A stretch of 64,000 nucleotides of DNA from NCBI GenBank assembly GCA_000708835.1, contig DF237399.1:1-64000 (forward strand), written 5' to 3'. The stretch is from Klebsormidium nitens. Lineage: Eukaryota > Plantae > Klebsormidiophyceae. Shown here piece by piece: positions 31,918 to 44,900 of the stretch (positions within the stretch are counted from its first letter, which is position 1; each line of letters opens with the position of its first letter). A program made the translations under genes and the position numbers. The notes beneath the pieces are model-generated. The model searched no databases. It saw only the letters and a program-made list of their open reading frames with translations, and was not told where the DNA came from.

Positions 31918-34900
31918 ATGAAGTGGGCGCCTTTCCGGTGGGCGTCGGCAGCCCTCCTTTTGGTCCCCTTAGCCACGCTTCTCGTGTTCACCCTCCAACC
32001 CCCCCCGCCCATAACCCATTTTGGGGATGGTGGGCTCCTGGGGGGCCCACCCTCCTCGGAAGATGTCCCGCGGTTCAACTTGAACATGTCCCACTTCGGG
32101 GGAGGGGGCACCGCTGACTTGTTAGCCCAGGCGGTGGTATTGTCGGAAGAGATGCAGCGCTCGGGGCGGCGGTTGAGGGCACAACTAGCGCGGGAGGAAA
32201 AGAAGCTGGCGGCGGGGGCGCTGCAGAAACTAGATATGGGCGCTTTGGCGGGGGTGAACCAGGGGGAGCAACGAGGCGTGGTCCCGATTGTGTACGTAGC
32301 GACGGAGCTGTCGCCGCTGCTGGTTGCCTGCGTCCGGACAACGCGCATGTGAGGACCCGTCTTGCCACAAAAACTCCGAGCTCATGTGGCAGTCATTGCT
32401 GTTTCTTTGGACACAAAACTTGAGCTCGTATAAGGCCTTCTGGGTCGCCAGAGATGGAGCTCACTCGAGGTCGCTGTTACTGACACCACATAGAGTTGCC
32501 CAGTGTTCACTGGTTTTCTGGCGATGCCGTAGGTTGCAAGGAGATCTTAGACATGAGGTTCTTCGAAAATTTTCGTTAGGTCATGTGTCCTTCCGGACAT
32601 AGTGGTGGTTGTGCTTTCCAAGGGGGTGGTTGAGTCTTCAAATTGCAGGTCCAGTAAGCCCAAAGATTGTGTTCCATTAGCAGAAGACGGTTAAGCTCAC
32701 TTCTCCAAGCACTGCTTGTTAAAGTCAGCTGGCTGCCTTTGCAAGTCCCAATGTCGCATCAGAAAAGTGGTAACTGGAGAAGTGTCAAGAAGGTGGAGGT
32801 TCATAATTCTCAGCATGCTCAATGTTCGGTTGAAGTCACGCCCTCATGATTTTTGGGGTTTCTTCCCCCCGTTGTAAACCAGGCTCCAGGACTAGTTAAG
32901 TTGTCCTATGCTGAGCCCAAACTGATTACAAGGTTCTTTGCTGGTCTTACCAAGCTGTGCAGCATGGTAATTCTCTTCTGTATTCACCAGCTAACCTAGG
33001 TGTTTTGCAGTATTTCTTCTCCTACAACACCAGGTTCTTTTGATTTATCTGGTGGGTGGATGGACCGTCAAACCCAGTGTTTAACGTGCTGGTTAAGCTC
33101 AATCCGTTTCAAGGAATCAGCCACTTGTGTGGGGCACCCATAGCATTGCAAAGAAGCTGGTCACTATGGGTTACCCCATCAAACCACAAGCTAACCGGCT
33201 ATCCTTGAGTCCAAATCAAGGTGGGGGGGCATATGGCATTCGACTGGGCTCTCTCGGTCGTTTGCCCAGTCGCTGACCCACAAGCTAACCAGCCGCAGTC
33301 AGAGCGCCATTGACTTTCCACTTCACCTTTCTGCCGGTTGATGCTCCAGACAATTGCAAAGGCGAAGATAACCACGCAAGTTTATGTTGCTCATCAACAA
33401 AAGATCAATGGCTCCCATCTCATGCCAGGTACGATCCGACGGTGCCAATCATCGTAGTGGCTAGCCTGGGGCTCCAGGCGCCAATGAAAGAGTTGACCGA
33501 AGTTCTGCAGTTGCCGCATGTGCAACTGAAGTTGCTCGAGGACTATGTGGGGGAGGGCAGCGGGTCGCACGCCTTCTCGCAAAAGTGAGTCGCCACACTA
33601 GTTCTTGGTCTCTGCTTTCAAAGTTTCAGAGCCTGGACCAGTGGAATTTCGGGCTTTGCAGCGAGTCGAATCTTTCGAAATCTTGCACATACTTATTTGC
33701 GGCTGCGTGCGCATTGAGAGCGCCTCGTTTGATTCCAAGCTCTTCAAGCAGCTTTGACATGATGGTGGCGGCACGGAAGTTGCTATTGATCGCTTGGAAA
33801 TAAACATGCCGAAACATGACAAGAAGTGGACTGTTTGTACTTGGGTAAAGGATATGCTGTCTACTTTCGAGCGCTCCCTTATACTCCCTGCGAGATATTA
33901 TAGATCCGATTTTGGAAGCGGGTCAAGCGCTCTGTTCGGGTCAAAATCCCTGAAGCTCCTAGAATTGATTGAGAGTTTCCAGACTTTGCCACGCAGGTAC
34001 ATCCATCACAGCGTGAATGGCGTGATGTACGAACAGTTTTGCTTCCAGCGATTCTTTGTGTTGAGGGACGTGGCGATTCAGGTAGGCTTTGCTTCGCTCT
34101 CGCTGTCGTATCTTCACGTGCAGGATCGGAGTCTTGTGGGCAATCAGATCAGAAGCGATCTGAGCAAGCATTCGAACGTACTTTTCCTTAAAGCCGCTGT
34201 CGCTGTGCGTCCGCTGTTCGTATGCAACGGCGAGGTCTCTTGAAAGAAGTCTTTGATTGACCGGTGACTAGTGGGAGATTGTTGACAAGGGCCCGTCGAG
34301 GTTGCGGAATCTGGTGGTATTCGGAGCAGCGAAGCGTCTAGAGCTTGTCTCTGCCTCGACGGTGTTGCAAAGACTCACTGCTCGCAATCTGGAGGACCGC
34401 TTAAACGTCGGTCTTTCGTCGAGCGTAAAAGCAAAGGCCGTTCAATCGACCCAGATGGCCTTCAGCGGCCAGTGCTTGCCGCCCTTGTAAACCTTTTTCT
34501 GACGACCATCACGTTGATTGATGGGTTGAAAGAAGGGCATGTCAGCTGTGCTAAAAGTTGGCGCATCAAATTTGGATTCAAATTTGAAGTCGCCGCGAGT
34601 AGAGTGTTTAACCACGAATCTTAAAGCAGACGAGCAGGCCTCCGGCTGTTAGCATCGCTTCAGTTACACCATGAAAAGCCTCCTCAAAGTGTCGGGAAAC
34701 TGATCTCGGGCGGCGACTTAGAAGCAGGCAATTCCAACTTTGTGTGTCGCCTTTTCTCACCCATTTCGCAGCGATTCTACGTTCGCTGCCACTGCTCCGC
34801 AAAGGCTCTGCCAACGGCCCCGTAAACGAAAATTCAGCTCGTATCTCTCAATCTCGTGAGCATTCAGCCCAGTACACCAGTAAGCGTTCTGCGTTCGACC

Positions 34901-37179
34901 AGAACCGTGAGCAGAAAGGTCACGCGCTCTGCATCCATACTCAACCCAACCCCTAAGTTACCTGTTCCAAATAGTGTTCACCAAGTTAAAGAAATAACCC
35001 TGTTCCTGTTCAGGAAGGTTTCGCCCGGGTTTTCCACGTGGACCACGACTTGGTTATCTTCGATAACCACCGAGTGTTTGTGGAACCCTGGGACGTCGAT
35101 TTCATTGGGCTGGATCTGATTTCCACGCACTTTTCGGTGTGGAAGCTGCCCGTTTTGGAGCGCTTCTGCGACTACATGCTCGACTTTTACGCGCGACCAG
35201 TAGTGAGTCTCCCTGTTCGATGCTAGCCGTTCTCTTAGCGGCTGTGTGTGCTTGTGCTTATTGTATCTCTTGATACAATAAGCACAACCAAACGCTGCGG
35301 ATGATGCTTCCCAGACACGCGTCGAAGCGTCATGGGGGTCTGTCGTCACCCAACGATTTCACGACGGGTCAGTTTGACATTCGATATTGGTCCGCGTTGA
35401 ACGAAAAGTGGAAGGCTTTTCTAGGCGCGGTTCTCCGAGCGTGACTTTGCTTAAGTGGCTTTGCGAACGTTCAGAAACTTGGTGCTTAAACCCAACCCGG
35501 AAAGTCGGCGCCGCAATCTGAGGGCACTAACCCGCCAGGCTAGTGTTAATGACTCCCGCCCTTTCTTGGTCGATGCGGACCCTAACTCGAAAAGAGTGTC
35601 AAGACACAATGAGTGCCCCGGAAGGGGGAACTAGAGAAGCGGGGAAAGCGGGCGGAGAAGGAGGGAAGGGAAGGGGGGTGGGGACGGGACGTTGGGGCGA
35701 GGGAATAATGTGAGAAGTGATCATTATCAAGTAACACGTGGACGTTTTGGCATTGCCCCGACTATCGCCACCCAGTCTATTCCATACGATATGGGCGCTT
35801 TGTTCAACCCGATGATTTCATGGCTGGAAGGAAACCTTGAAGTTCTTAGGAGGCAACGCTCGAAGAATGTCTAGGAAACCCCAAGTCCCTCTTTGACGAT
35901 GAAAGCGCTGAAGACACCTCTCAAGTACAACCAGTTCTTTCGTTTCGACTGATTGAAATCTGCTCTGTGACCCAATTTGACGGTGCAACCCCGCTCAACC
36001 TTCACAAAATGTAAGCTCGGATCCCTGTACTCGTCATCAAAGCTGGATACACCGATTTGAAAACTCAACTTCAGATCCCCGTACCCAAATACCAAACCTC
36101 ATAATCGCCCAATTGCAGGTGCAAGTGGACGCCGGTATCCACCGGTTCGGATACGCTATGAACGCGACGTTCTACACGTTTAGCGACATGTTCATCCTCA
36201 AAGCTTTTTTCATCGAGTCTCAAGAGGCGGGGCGGCCCGTCACTTACCACCTGCTTTTACGCGATGAACACGGGGTGCTCAAGGAGGGAGCCACGTAAGC
36301 TGGACTCATGTTTTCTAAGCGAGATTGCCATCTTCTTTGACGTTGTATTCTTGCGTTTCGCGGACTGGTGGACGTGCGAGGTTGGCTTTTGCGGACTTTT
36401 TGGACGGTGCGATTTTCAAGGTCGCGAACTTTGAAACGTTGCGAGGTCAGTTCTGGTGAAGGGTTTGTGCTATGTTTCTTAGAAGCTTTACCGATGTTGT
36501 TGCGCAAGGAGATTGAATTCTAAAAGTAGGTCTTGTTGCTGCGCTTCAAAGCCGAGTTTCATGATTGATGGAAGTTGTAAAGCCCAAAACTTCTTTGGTT
36601 TGGTGGGAAATTTTGATTCCTGCGCATACTATCAGCCTGGCAAGCCAGTGCAAATGCAGTCTTCTACAGAGAAGGAGCACGTTTACAAACCAGCGCACAG
36701 CTGATCGATCTGATTGGCTGCTTTTGAAAGCAGTCTCAACGTCGTGTGGAACCTACTGAGCTCGCTAGAACAGCGCAGTCTTGGAACCGGGATGCAAGAT
36801 TGGAGTGACATCTAGCAGGCATGTTACATTTGGTATCATTGACTTTTACTGGCGGCAATGGGACGATGTGTCACTTTGTTGGAGCCCGAAGGCTGTGATG
36901 AGGCTAACGGCAGTGTGTTGATTCACGAGAATAAAAGCACAGACCTGAATATCTCCTTGCAGACCCTACCTTGCTATAGAGCAGCTCGACCGGATCACGG
37001 GATGGCGGTGTCGTTACCGAGATTGGGAAGCTGCAGTGGAGTGGCGCGCTTTGAGTAAGGAGAGCAATCTGCCGGTGCCGTATGTCAATGGCACGTACCT
37101 GAAGGGAATTCAATTTCAAGGCAACATGTGCAAAAAAATAGCCTTGCAGGTGTTGAGCCGGGTTCTTGCTGAGAGCTAG
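31918..37179 (+). CDS. Uncharacterised type II membrane glycosyltransferase-like protein (DxD motif), ~417 aa; join(31918..32348,33429..33584,33997..34081,35014..35202,36119..36294,36963..37179)
   Basis: Has an N-terminal signal-anchor and a Pro/Gly stem, then ACVRTTRMYDPTVPIIVV, HSVNGVMYEQFCFQRFFVL, RVFHVDHDLVIFD (DxD), FSDMFIL and C-terminal GIQFQG. The frame is continuous over five GT-AG introns. The gene model is stronger than the functional call. Confidence 0.72.
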
Positions 37180-38993
37180 CTATGCTTATATTGAGTTGTG
37201 CCATGTGCTGTTGTTGACTTAGCGTTGACTTAGAGTGGGGATGAGACGGCTGGAATTTCCTCCACCAACGGCAGTAGCTAGAATTGAGGCTAGCTTACCT
37301 TATTATGACTCACGTTCGGAAAGAGCCTTTTTATAGAGGGGACCATTTGTTGCGATGAAGCCGCAATCGACTCGAAATCTGCGGCGTAGCGCGCGGCACA
37401 TTCGTTACACGCGGAGCACTGCGTGGATCCCGACAGCAAACAGTCTTGAATTGTAAAGGGATGACGTTGAGGCACTTTCGAGCTGAGTATAGGAGCCTCG
37501 AAAGTGGCTGGAGTTGAGGTGCGGGCTGAAAAATGGATTCATAGCGATTTCCATCAGGCCGACTGTGAACTTTGAAGAATGACTAGATTCGTAATTGGCT
37601 AAATAAATTCAGAAAATGACAATTTGAGTTGAACAATTGGATTGTGAGATCAAGATTCTAGCCTTATAAGGCCGTCCTCGGCGACATAGGCCAAACACTT
37701 TTTAAGTTTGACCGTAAGTTTACTTCCATATGCTGCCTATGCAATAGGTCAGTGATTCAAACAAACTTCTCATGCTTTATGGTGGCATGCAGCCCGTCGA
37801 ACAAAGTGCAGATGCATGGTGGACTCATACAATAATGATCGTTCGAGATTGCATGCAGTTTTGCCAGTTAATGCACAGATGACAAATCACAGCATTAATT
37901 AGATCGATGGTGCCAGGTTTCCGGCTAGGGCGGCCGCATAGGGGGCCGGGCCGGACGGTATGTTTGTTTCAGCTGCAAATGTTTCATGCAATCATAATGT
38001 GTCCGATCGGATCAGATCGAACCAACTTGATATATCTACGATCGAAGCGGCTGACAGTCCGCACGTGGACGCGCCACCGTACTGACCCACGAAAGGTAAT
38101 ACTTTCTGCTGCAATCATTGAATTCAGCGGGCCGCGCGCGCTGCGCTGCGGCGGCCTTGAGTTGGCATCATCACGCGGCTGTGTCTTTCCATGCAGCTTC
38201 ATGGTCTCGACTTGCTCAAAGAATCGCGCGACTTGTTATCATTGAGTTAACGCCGCCGTGCGGAGGATGCTAAAGTGCAGCATGCTAAGTCATTATATGC
38301 AGCTGAAGCATTTGTGCAATATGACCATTCATACCGGGTGCATGCACTTAAAGAAAAACTTGAACGATTGTTCCAAGTTCATGCACTCTCTGACTCAGTG
38401 ACGGATCAGGTCGTATTTCAGCCTATGCTTCACACATAGTACTCACGCATTGCGCGCCACACTTTAGAATGCACGTAAATGCGAACATTTTCGAAAGTTA
38501 TTTGCTGCAAGAGGACTCCGTCCGAGACTGCCAGTGCCCGCAAATACATTGAAACAAGGGCGGAGCAAAAAGCAGACTCAAGGACAACACACCCGAGAGA
38601 CCCCGTTATCCGTTTCGAGATCTCGTTGCTCTGTGAAGGTTTCGACAAGGTGTTGATTTTGACGCGGCTCGTGCTGTCCTCCAAGTCAAAGCACGTCTTC
38701 TGGTCTTCTTTTGTAACACTTGCGACTTGCAAAAGCCGTGCCGCTTCCCTGAGTACGGTGAGTACGCTTCGTAAACTTGAGCGTGTCCCCATGCGCTGGA
38801 AATTGCACATTTTGCTGTGACCTGTTGCCATCCTCTCACCCGATGAGCGACACATCGCTCCCTACTTGACCTGCTCTCGAGCAGCGCCTTGATGACCATC
38901 CAGCACAGTCGGTCGATAATCAAAGTCAAACCAGGTGCGCTGATGAGAACACTAGATCCGGGACACGGAGCCTTTTTGCAGAGCCTGGGCCTG

Positions 38994-41900
38994 CTAGTCT
39001 ACCCGCACGTCGCTCCTGCAGAACGACAAGCAAAATCCATCAGCGCTGGGTTGACAAGTTCTTGAATTCAGTCGCAACGATGAACTGGACCCGGGCAGGA
39101 TAACCAACAGTTGCAAATTGCTTCCTCTCTTCTGACCAGAGTTTTTGAATCCAGGTCGTTTGAATCCTCCTTGGAGCAATGAACGAGCTCCACAAACGGC
39201 GCCTTGATTGCGAGACACAAAGATCAACAGAAAAACACATCGAGCTTCGCCGGGTGCTGCTTGTGCATCTTTCAGGGAGCTTTTAAGCGACACCGGAAAA
39301 GGATGGAGGAGAAGTAGGCGACGGGAAAAAGGAGGGATTCGGAGAACCGTCCCTAACCATGCCGGAGCAGCTTGTGCATGTCCTAGTAGCCTTTCAAATG
39401 GCATTGGTAATTTATCAGAGAAGGTTTGCAGAGACAAATGCAGAAGAAAACTAACGGACAAAGAAGACAAGGAGGGAAGAGCGACGAAGTCAAAGAAACG
39501 CTCACACCTTTGTCGGTGCTGCTTGTGCATGTCCCAGTAAACCTGCCGCGTGAGCCGCACACACAAGAGATCAAGCAAAGAAACTCTCCCGACAAGAAGG
39601 GAAGGAAAAGAAAACCAAGAAGAGAGAAAGGGAGGGAGACGGGAAGAACAGAAGGAGCTTTCGTGCCTTTGCCGGTGCTGCTTGTGCATGTGCCAGTAGA
39701 CCTGCCGCGTCAGCCGCACACACAAGAGATCAAGCAATGAGACTAACCCAACAAACGGGGAAGGAAGAGAAACCCAGAGAAGAAAAAGGTAGAGAGAAGG
39801 AAGAAAAAAGGAGGGTCGTTCGTACCTTTGCCGGTGCTGCTTGTGCATGTCCCAGTAAACCTGCCGCGTCAGCCGCACGAGCCGCAGGCACAGCAGCACG
39901 CCCACGCCGCAGATGCCTGCCATAATGAAAAACGTCATGCGGAAGCAGTCGGGCCCAATGCACGTCTGGTCGTCGACGTGCGTGCGCCCATAGAACCCGC
40001 GCGCGATCATCCTGGTGAGCGTCTTTTGCGACTTCGCAATCTCCTTGTCGTAGAAGTAGCCCGCGAGCTTGACGGAGCACAGGTACGAACCGATGGTGGA
40101 CGAGATGCTGCAAGGGGAGAATGGGAAATTAGCGTTCGAGGCTCTACGTTTTGAGACGCAAAATTTCAGGTGTTCGATATCCGGATTCTTGCATCTTCGG
40201 GTATACGCGTTTGTGGCTGAACAACTTCCTTGTCGTAACAGTAACCCACGAGCTTCGCAAGGGGAGGTACAATCAAGGATGGACGAGATGCTGGAAGGAC
40301 GCAACCACGTTTTCGGCTTTCAATTTTCAAGATTTGCAGGTCAGGATCGCAGGGCTTCATAGGCAGCCTCTGACAATCACTTGTAAGCCTTTTTGTCTAA
40401 GCTAAGGATCTTATTCCTTGAAAGACCCCAAAAGGTTGAGAAAGCGCTGATACAATAGGATGAAGGAGAGGATGCAGCAAAAGTGGGGACTCAAATCTCT
40501 AAAGTCTTTCAATATTTACAGCATAAACGGCCAAGTTCCATATGGCAGAATCCTTGTTCTGAGCTTGAGAATCAAGTTGCTGACAGTATGAAGTGAGAAG
40601 CGATAATATGACTTTAGCAGTCTCGACTACAGAGCTTGGGTCGTCGGTATTCTCGTAGCACTCTCGTATCAAAATCAGAGTCAGGGCACGGGCGTCTGGT
40701 GTACCCGACGTGATCAATGCTGAACGTGAACGAAGATATTGTGACACGTGATCTGTTGCCCAGCACTTACACTGTTAGGCTCGACAGGGCCTTTTAAACG
40801 AGGCAAACGGCGGGCTGCTTACCCCTCTTTGTGTCATTCCACAAATATCATTGTCTTCTGGCAACAAAAAAGGGATTTGCCGCTTACCTGAGCGTGTTGT
40901 AGATGCCCCCGAAGTGCTCCAACCCGAACAGCTCCGACGCCGTCGCAACCATGATGGACCAGTGCGCGCCGTGCGAGAGGCCAACCACAACGGAGCCCAG
41001 GTAAAGCATGGGGATCTGAGAGGACGCAAATAGCAGGTGCGCCACAGCCATAGCCACCAAGACCACCATCAGAAACAGCGGCCGGGGGACTGCCCGGTGC
41101 TTCACGTACTGTTCCGAAATGTACCTGCGGGGAAAGGGAGGAGAGAATGGTATTTGGCGTAGAGACGAATCCGACAAGAGTATCAGTCTGGCGCTGACAG
41201 AAGCAAGAACCGGGAAGCCAGTAATGCTTTTCGAAGTCATTCCGGTGAAAGCGAACTTGGTTGGGAACTCGGAGTACTCCTTAGCGGCTAGGGAAGTTAT
41301 GCCATCAGCGCATGGGCGCATGAGCAGTTTGTTTTCGGAAAACAGCAGATTGATATATGCTGTTCTCCGAGAGCCTGTCGGGAAGGTCTTTGGACTGACG
41401 CTCTGTTGAGGCGCGCCGACCAACAAAGATCCAATCCCCAAATACTGAACTAAACACCCTCCGTTCAACCTAGCGTTCAGAGGACGAGCCAGATAACCGA
41501 AACTTTCAGATGAGCCTCCAAGAGTAAATAAAAAAAAAGACGCGAAACCTACCCTGCCCCCATTCTCCCCAGGAAGTTCCACACGCTAACTAACGACACG
41601 AAGGCGTCCACGCTGTCGGAGCCCAGCGCCTCCGCCATCTGGGCCAGGTTATTGATGGCGCATAGGCCTGACCCGGTCCCGCAACCCATGGCGATGAAGA
41701 GTAACCTGCAGAAAGGACACCATTCTGCTCAGAGCGGATCCGTTGCTTCCCCTGATTCTGAAACTATAGGTATGAGATTATCCCTCTTGCAATTCAGTGG
41801 GCGTGTGTGGAGACGAGAGACCTTCGAGCCGTCCAGCGATGATCCACGATTGCTGCGGGTCAAGAGATGTATCCCCCTTGACTTTTGCATGGTCAGGATT

Positions 41901-44900
41901 CTGAAGGGCCGAACAAGAAAATCATACTCGTTTCCTAAGGTGGTTTGGCTGTTTCTCGTCATGTGGTATTCCTTCAAAGTCGGAAGGGACTTTTTTAATC
42001 TGTCCCAGCCTAGAGGACGTTTGCATAAGGAATACTTCGTCCAGCTTGAGAAGCCTGTACAAGGGGATGCTTACCAATACTCTTCCGTTTTGCAGGCTTG
42101 TAGAAGCGTGAAGTCTTGACCTATCCGTGGGGGCGCTTTCAGCTTTGACGGGGTTTCTAACACATCTTTATTCTGGATGGTGATCGCTAGATCGCTCGAG
42201 GGACTCTCGCGGAACGTGGTGGCCTTGAAAATCGGGGTGGAGGGGCTGGACTCGGCGCCAGGTTTGGTGGGCGACAGGGACCGTTCAATGGGGCGGTTCC
42301 CGAGTACCGACAGGAGCTGCATCCGAAGGAATAAAAGTTCAGAAGTGGGTACAAATAGTGACGGAGCCGGCCCCTAAGAAGAGCAAGGCTTTGAATAAGC
42401 ATGGGTTCCAAGATGGTGGGACTTAGAGATACTCGGACAGTACCGTTACATGGCTGGAGATGCTTGAAAGATTCTGAAGGAAGCCTCACACTGAGAACAT
42501 TGTTTGTGCGATACGGTATGCAAAACAGGTGGTCTCTACCCATAAAGAGGGGCGGCTTTGTTCGTAACCAATCAGTTCGTGGCTGAGCCGCTGATCTGTT
42601 GCCAATTTAATTCGACAAACTCTTCTGAGTGAAGACTATGGACGAGAGATGTTCGTTCTCTGAAAAGGTAATCTCAGTGTGCTACATCATTCTGCTAATC
42701 TTGGCAAAAACACGGCAAAGAGTATCGTTTCGTAAAAGCTGCATCAGGAATGTTTCAAAGGACGACGTTCTGCCGGAAGCAGAATAGCTGAAACGTTTGA
42801 GCTTGCCCGACGCGCCCTTTGCTCGACAACTGTAACGTGGTTTACGATCCAGTTTGACAGAACCGGAACAGTTGAAACTAGGAAAAGACAACCCTGATAA
42901 TTAACAGTGGGATGCAGATAGATAAAGGCCAACAGGAAGGTGAACGCGGCATTCGGTAGGTGCACGGGTTTGAATACTTCTGGAGCATGACGGTTTCGTC
43001 CGTTCAACAGGTCACGATGCGCGGAGGAACTTACGGGTATGGCCAGTGGAGCCACTAGGAGCACCAGCATCGCCAGCATGAACCAGAAGCTGGTCCGTGC
43101 GGTTACTTCGAACCAATCCTGCACCGTCGAACGAGAGGAATGAGGGGCAAAAACCGATCCAGACTGGGGGTTAGCAGCATCAAGCCACAGAGCTCGGATT
43201 CGATGATACGGATTCATCCGAAACAGAGGCGGAGATACTTGTTAACGGCGAAGACATCTGGACGGCTTGCTCACGAGGCTAGGACAAAACGGAGTCAACT
43301 AAAGTGATTGCCTCAAGGATCGGTTTGAGATCTGCTGCAAAATCATCAGCATACAATCCTCAACAGCCACCAAACGATAAGTGCTGCGTTGAGCACTTTC
43401 AAAGACAAAAGAAGTATTTCCATTGCGCAAGGAGTCATGTTGCGAAGGGCAACGACTTACTTGTACCAGAATGACTACCAGAAGATATGCGGCTAAGAAG
43501 AAACCAAGGCCCTGCAGATGGGAGCACAAGAGATAAGCCTTCCAGATGTCAATGACTGCATGTAAGCAGACCATCACGCTTCACGTAGACAAAACTGGAG
43601 CCAAACACAGGTTCACTTTATGTGCTGCGGATCGAGTGAGAACCGTACAATAGCGTTGAGAAAAGCAGCCAGCTGATTGAGCGTACCCATTGAGACTCTG
43701 GTGAACTCCGTACATCATGCTGACACTTCGCGATCCCCTTTTCAATCTCAGATTAGATTCTCTTGCGTCACAGACGTCTAGAAAGCGGAATGTGTCCAGC
43801 TTGGTGTGCATTTGTCGGTGTACTCACATACGACAGCATGAAGCTTCGACGGTCTCCCTCTTCTCTTCCTTTCGCAGCTTCCACTGGTCGAACCAAGAAC
43901 ATGACTGAGAGGGCGACTAAGGATGGAAGAATGGCGGCAAGGAACAAAAACGATTCCTCGACAGGGGCGTAGAGAGCCAGGTAAAACTGGAGACGAAGAA
44001 AAAACAGGTCAGGTTAAGGCCGGTTAACAATAATGTGAGAGGTACCACAGTAAAGCAGGTGACTTATCAAAGAATCGTGCCTTTAACGTGAACGGGGCTT
44101 GTGCTGTGCAACGCGTGCTCTGCGCTGTTTGTCAGGTAAAGAACACGTACAACCGTATTTGGCCGACTCTCGACCCTGCAGGACTCTACAATACGCACAA
44201 CCATAACACTGGCATGTTATGATTGGATAAAGGAGCAGAGTAGAGATGCAGCACCAACGCTTTTGCTTTGCAGAAACAAACCGGGCTTTCAAGGCAACAC
44301 ATCCTTTACCAACTTCGTAAGAGACCGAATGACAATCTCAGACCTCCAGGAACAGAGTCGCGCTTCAGGAACAGAAAGACAAGCAACCTACTTATGGGCT
44401 TAAAGTGTCTCCTCGATCAGAGCCGATGTCTTACCTGCGTGAACACGGCCCCGCTGAGTCCTATTACTCCTACCAGGAGTCCCACCACGACCCCTCGATC
44501 CGTAGGAAAGTTTTTCATACTGGAAGCAAGGAAATGGCGATTGGAACAATCTTATTGCTGTTGCAGACAGCTCCACAAGATGAAGTTTCTGCAACCGCCT
44601 TGCAAAATGCTGATTATAGATCCATTCGTCAGATGCCAGACAAGCTTTGGAGCACGACTTACTCCTGATTGCAGCAAAGACCAACAATCAGTAAGCAGGA
44701 TTCTCCTGTGACTGCAAGTTTGATCATCTTACCAGGTCACAAGAACGGCTGTGTTAAACCACGTCGAACCATTCGTTCCCACACAAATATATGTACACAT
44801 CTGCATGTCAATTTAAGAGGCTCATTTTCTCGCTGTTAGGGAGACGGGTCCAAACCAGGTCACCTGCCTTTGGCTCCTCTGCAATGCGCTGAACTTGCTA

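Noticed and set aside
32530-33100. Possible extra exons in GT-like intron 1
   Set aside because: The direct join 32348/33429 already gives a sensible in-frame sequence (TRM-YDP), and the candidates contain stops or break phase.
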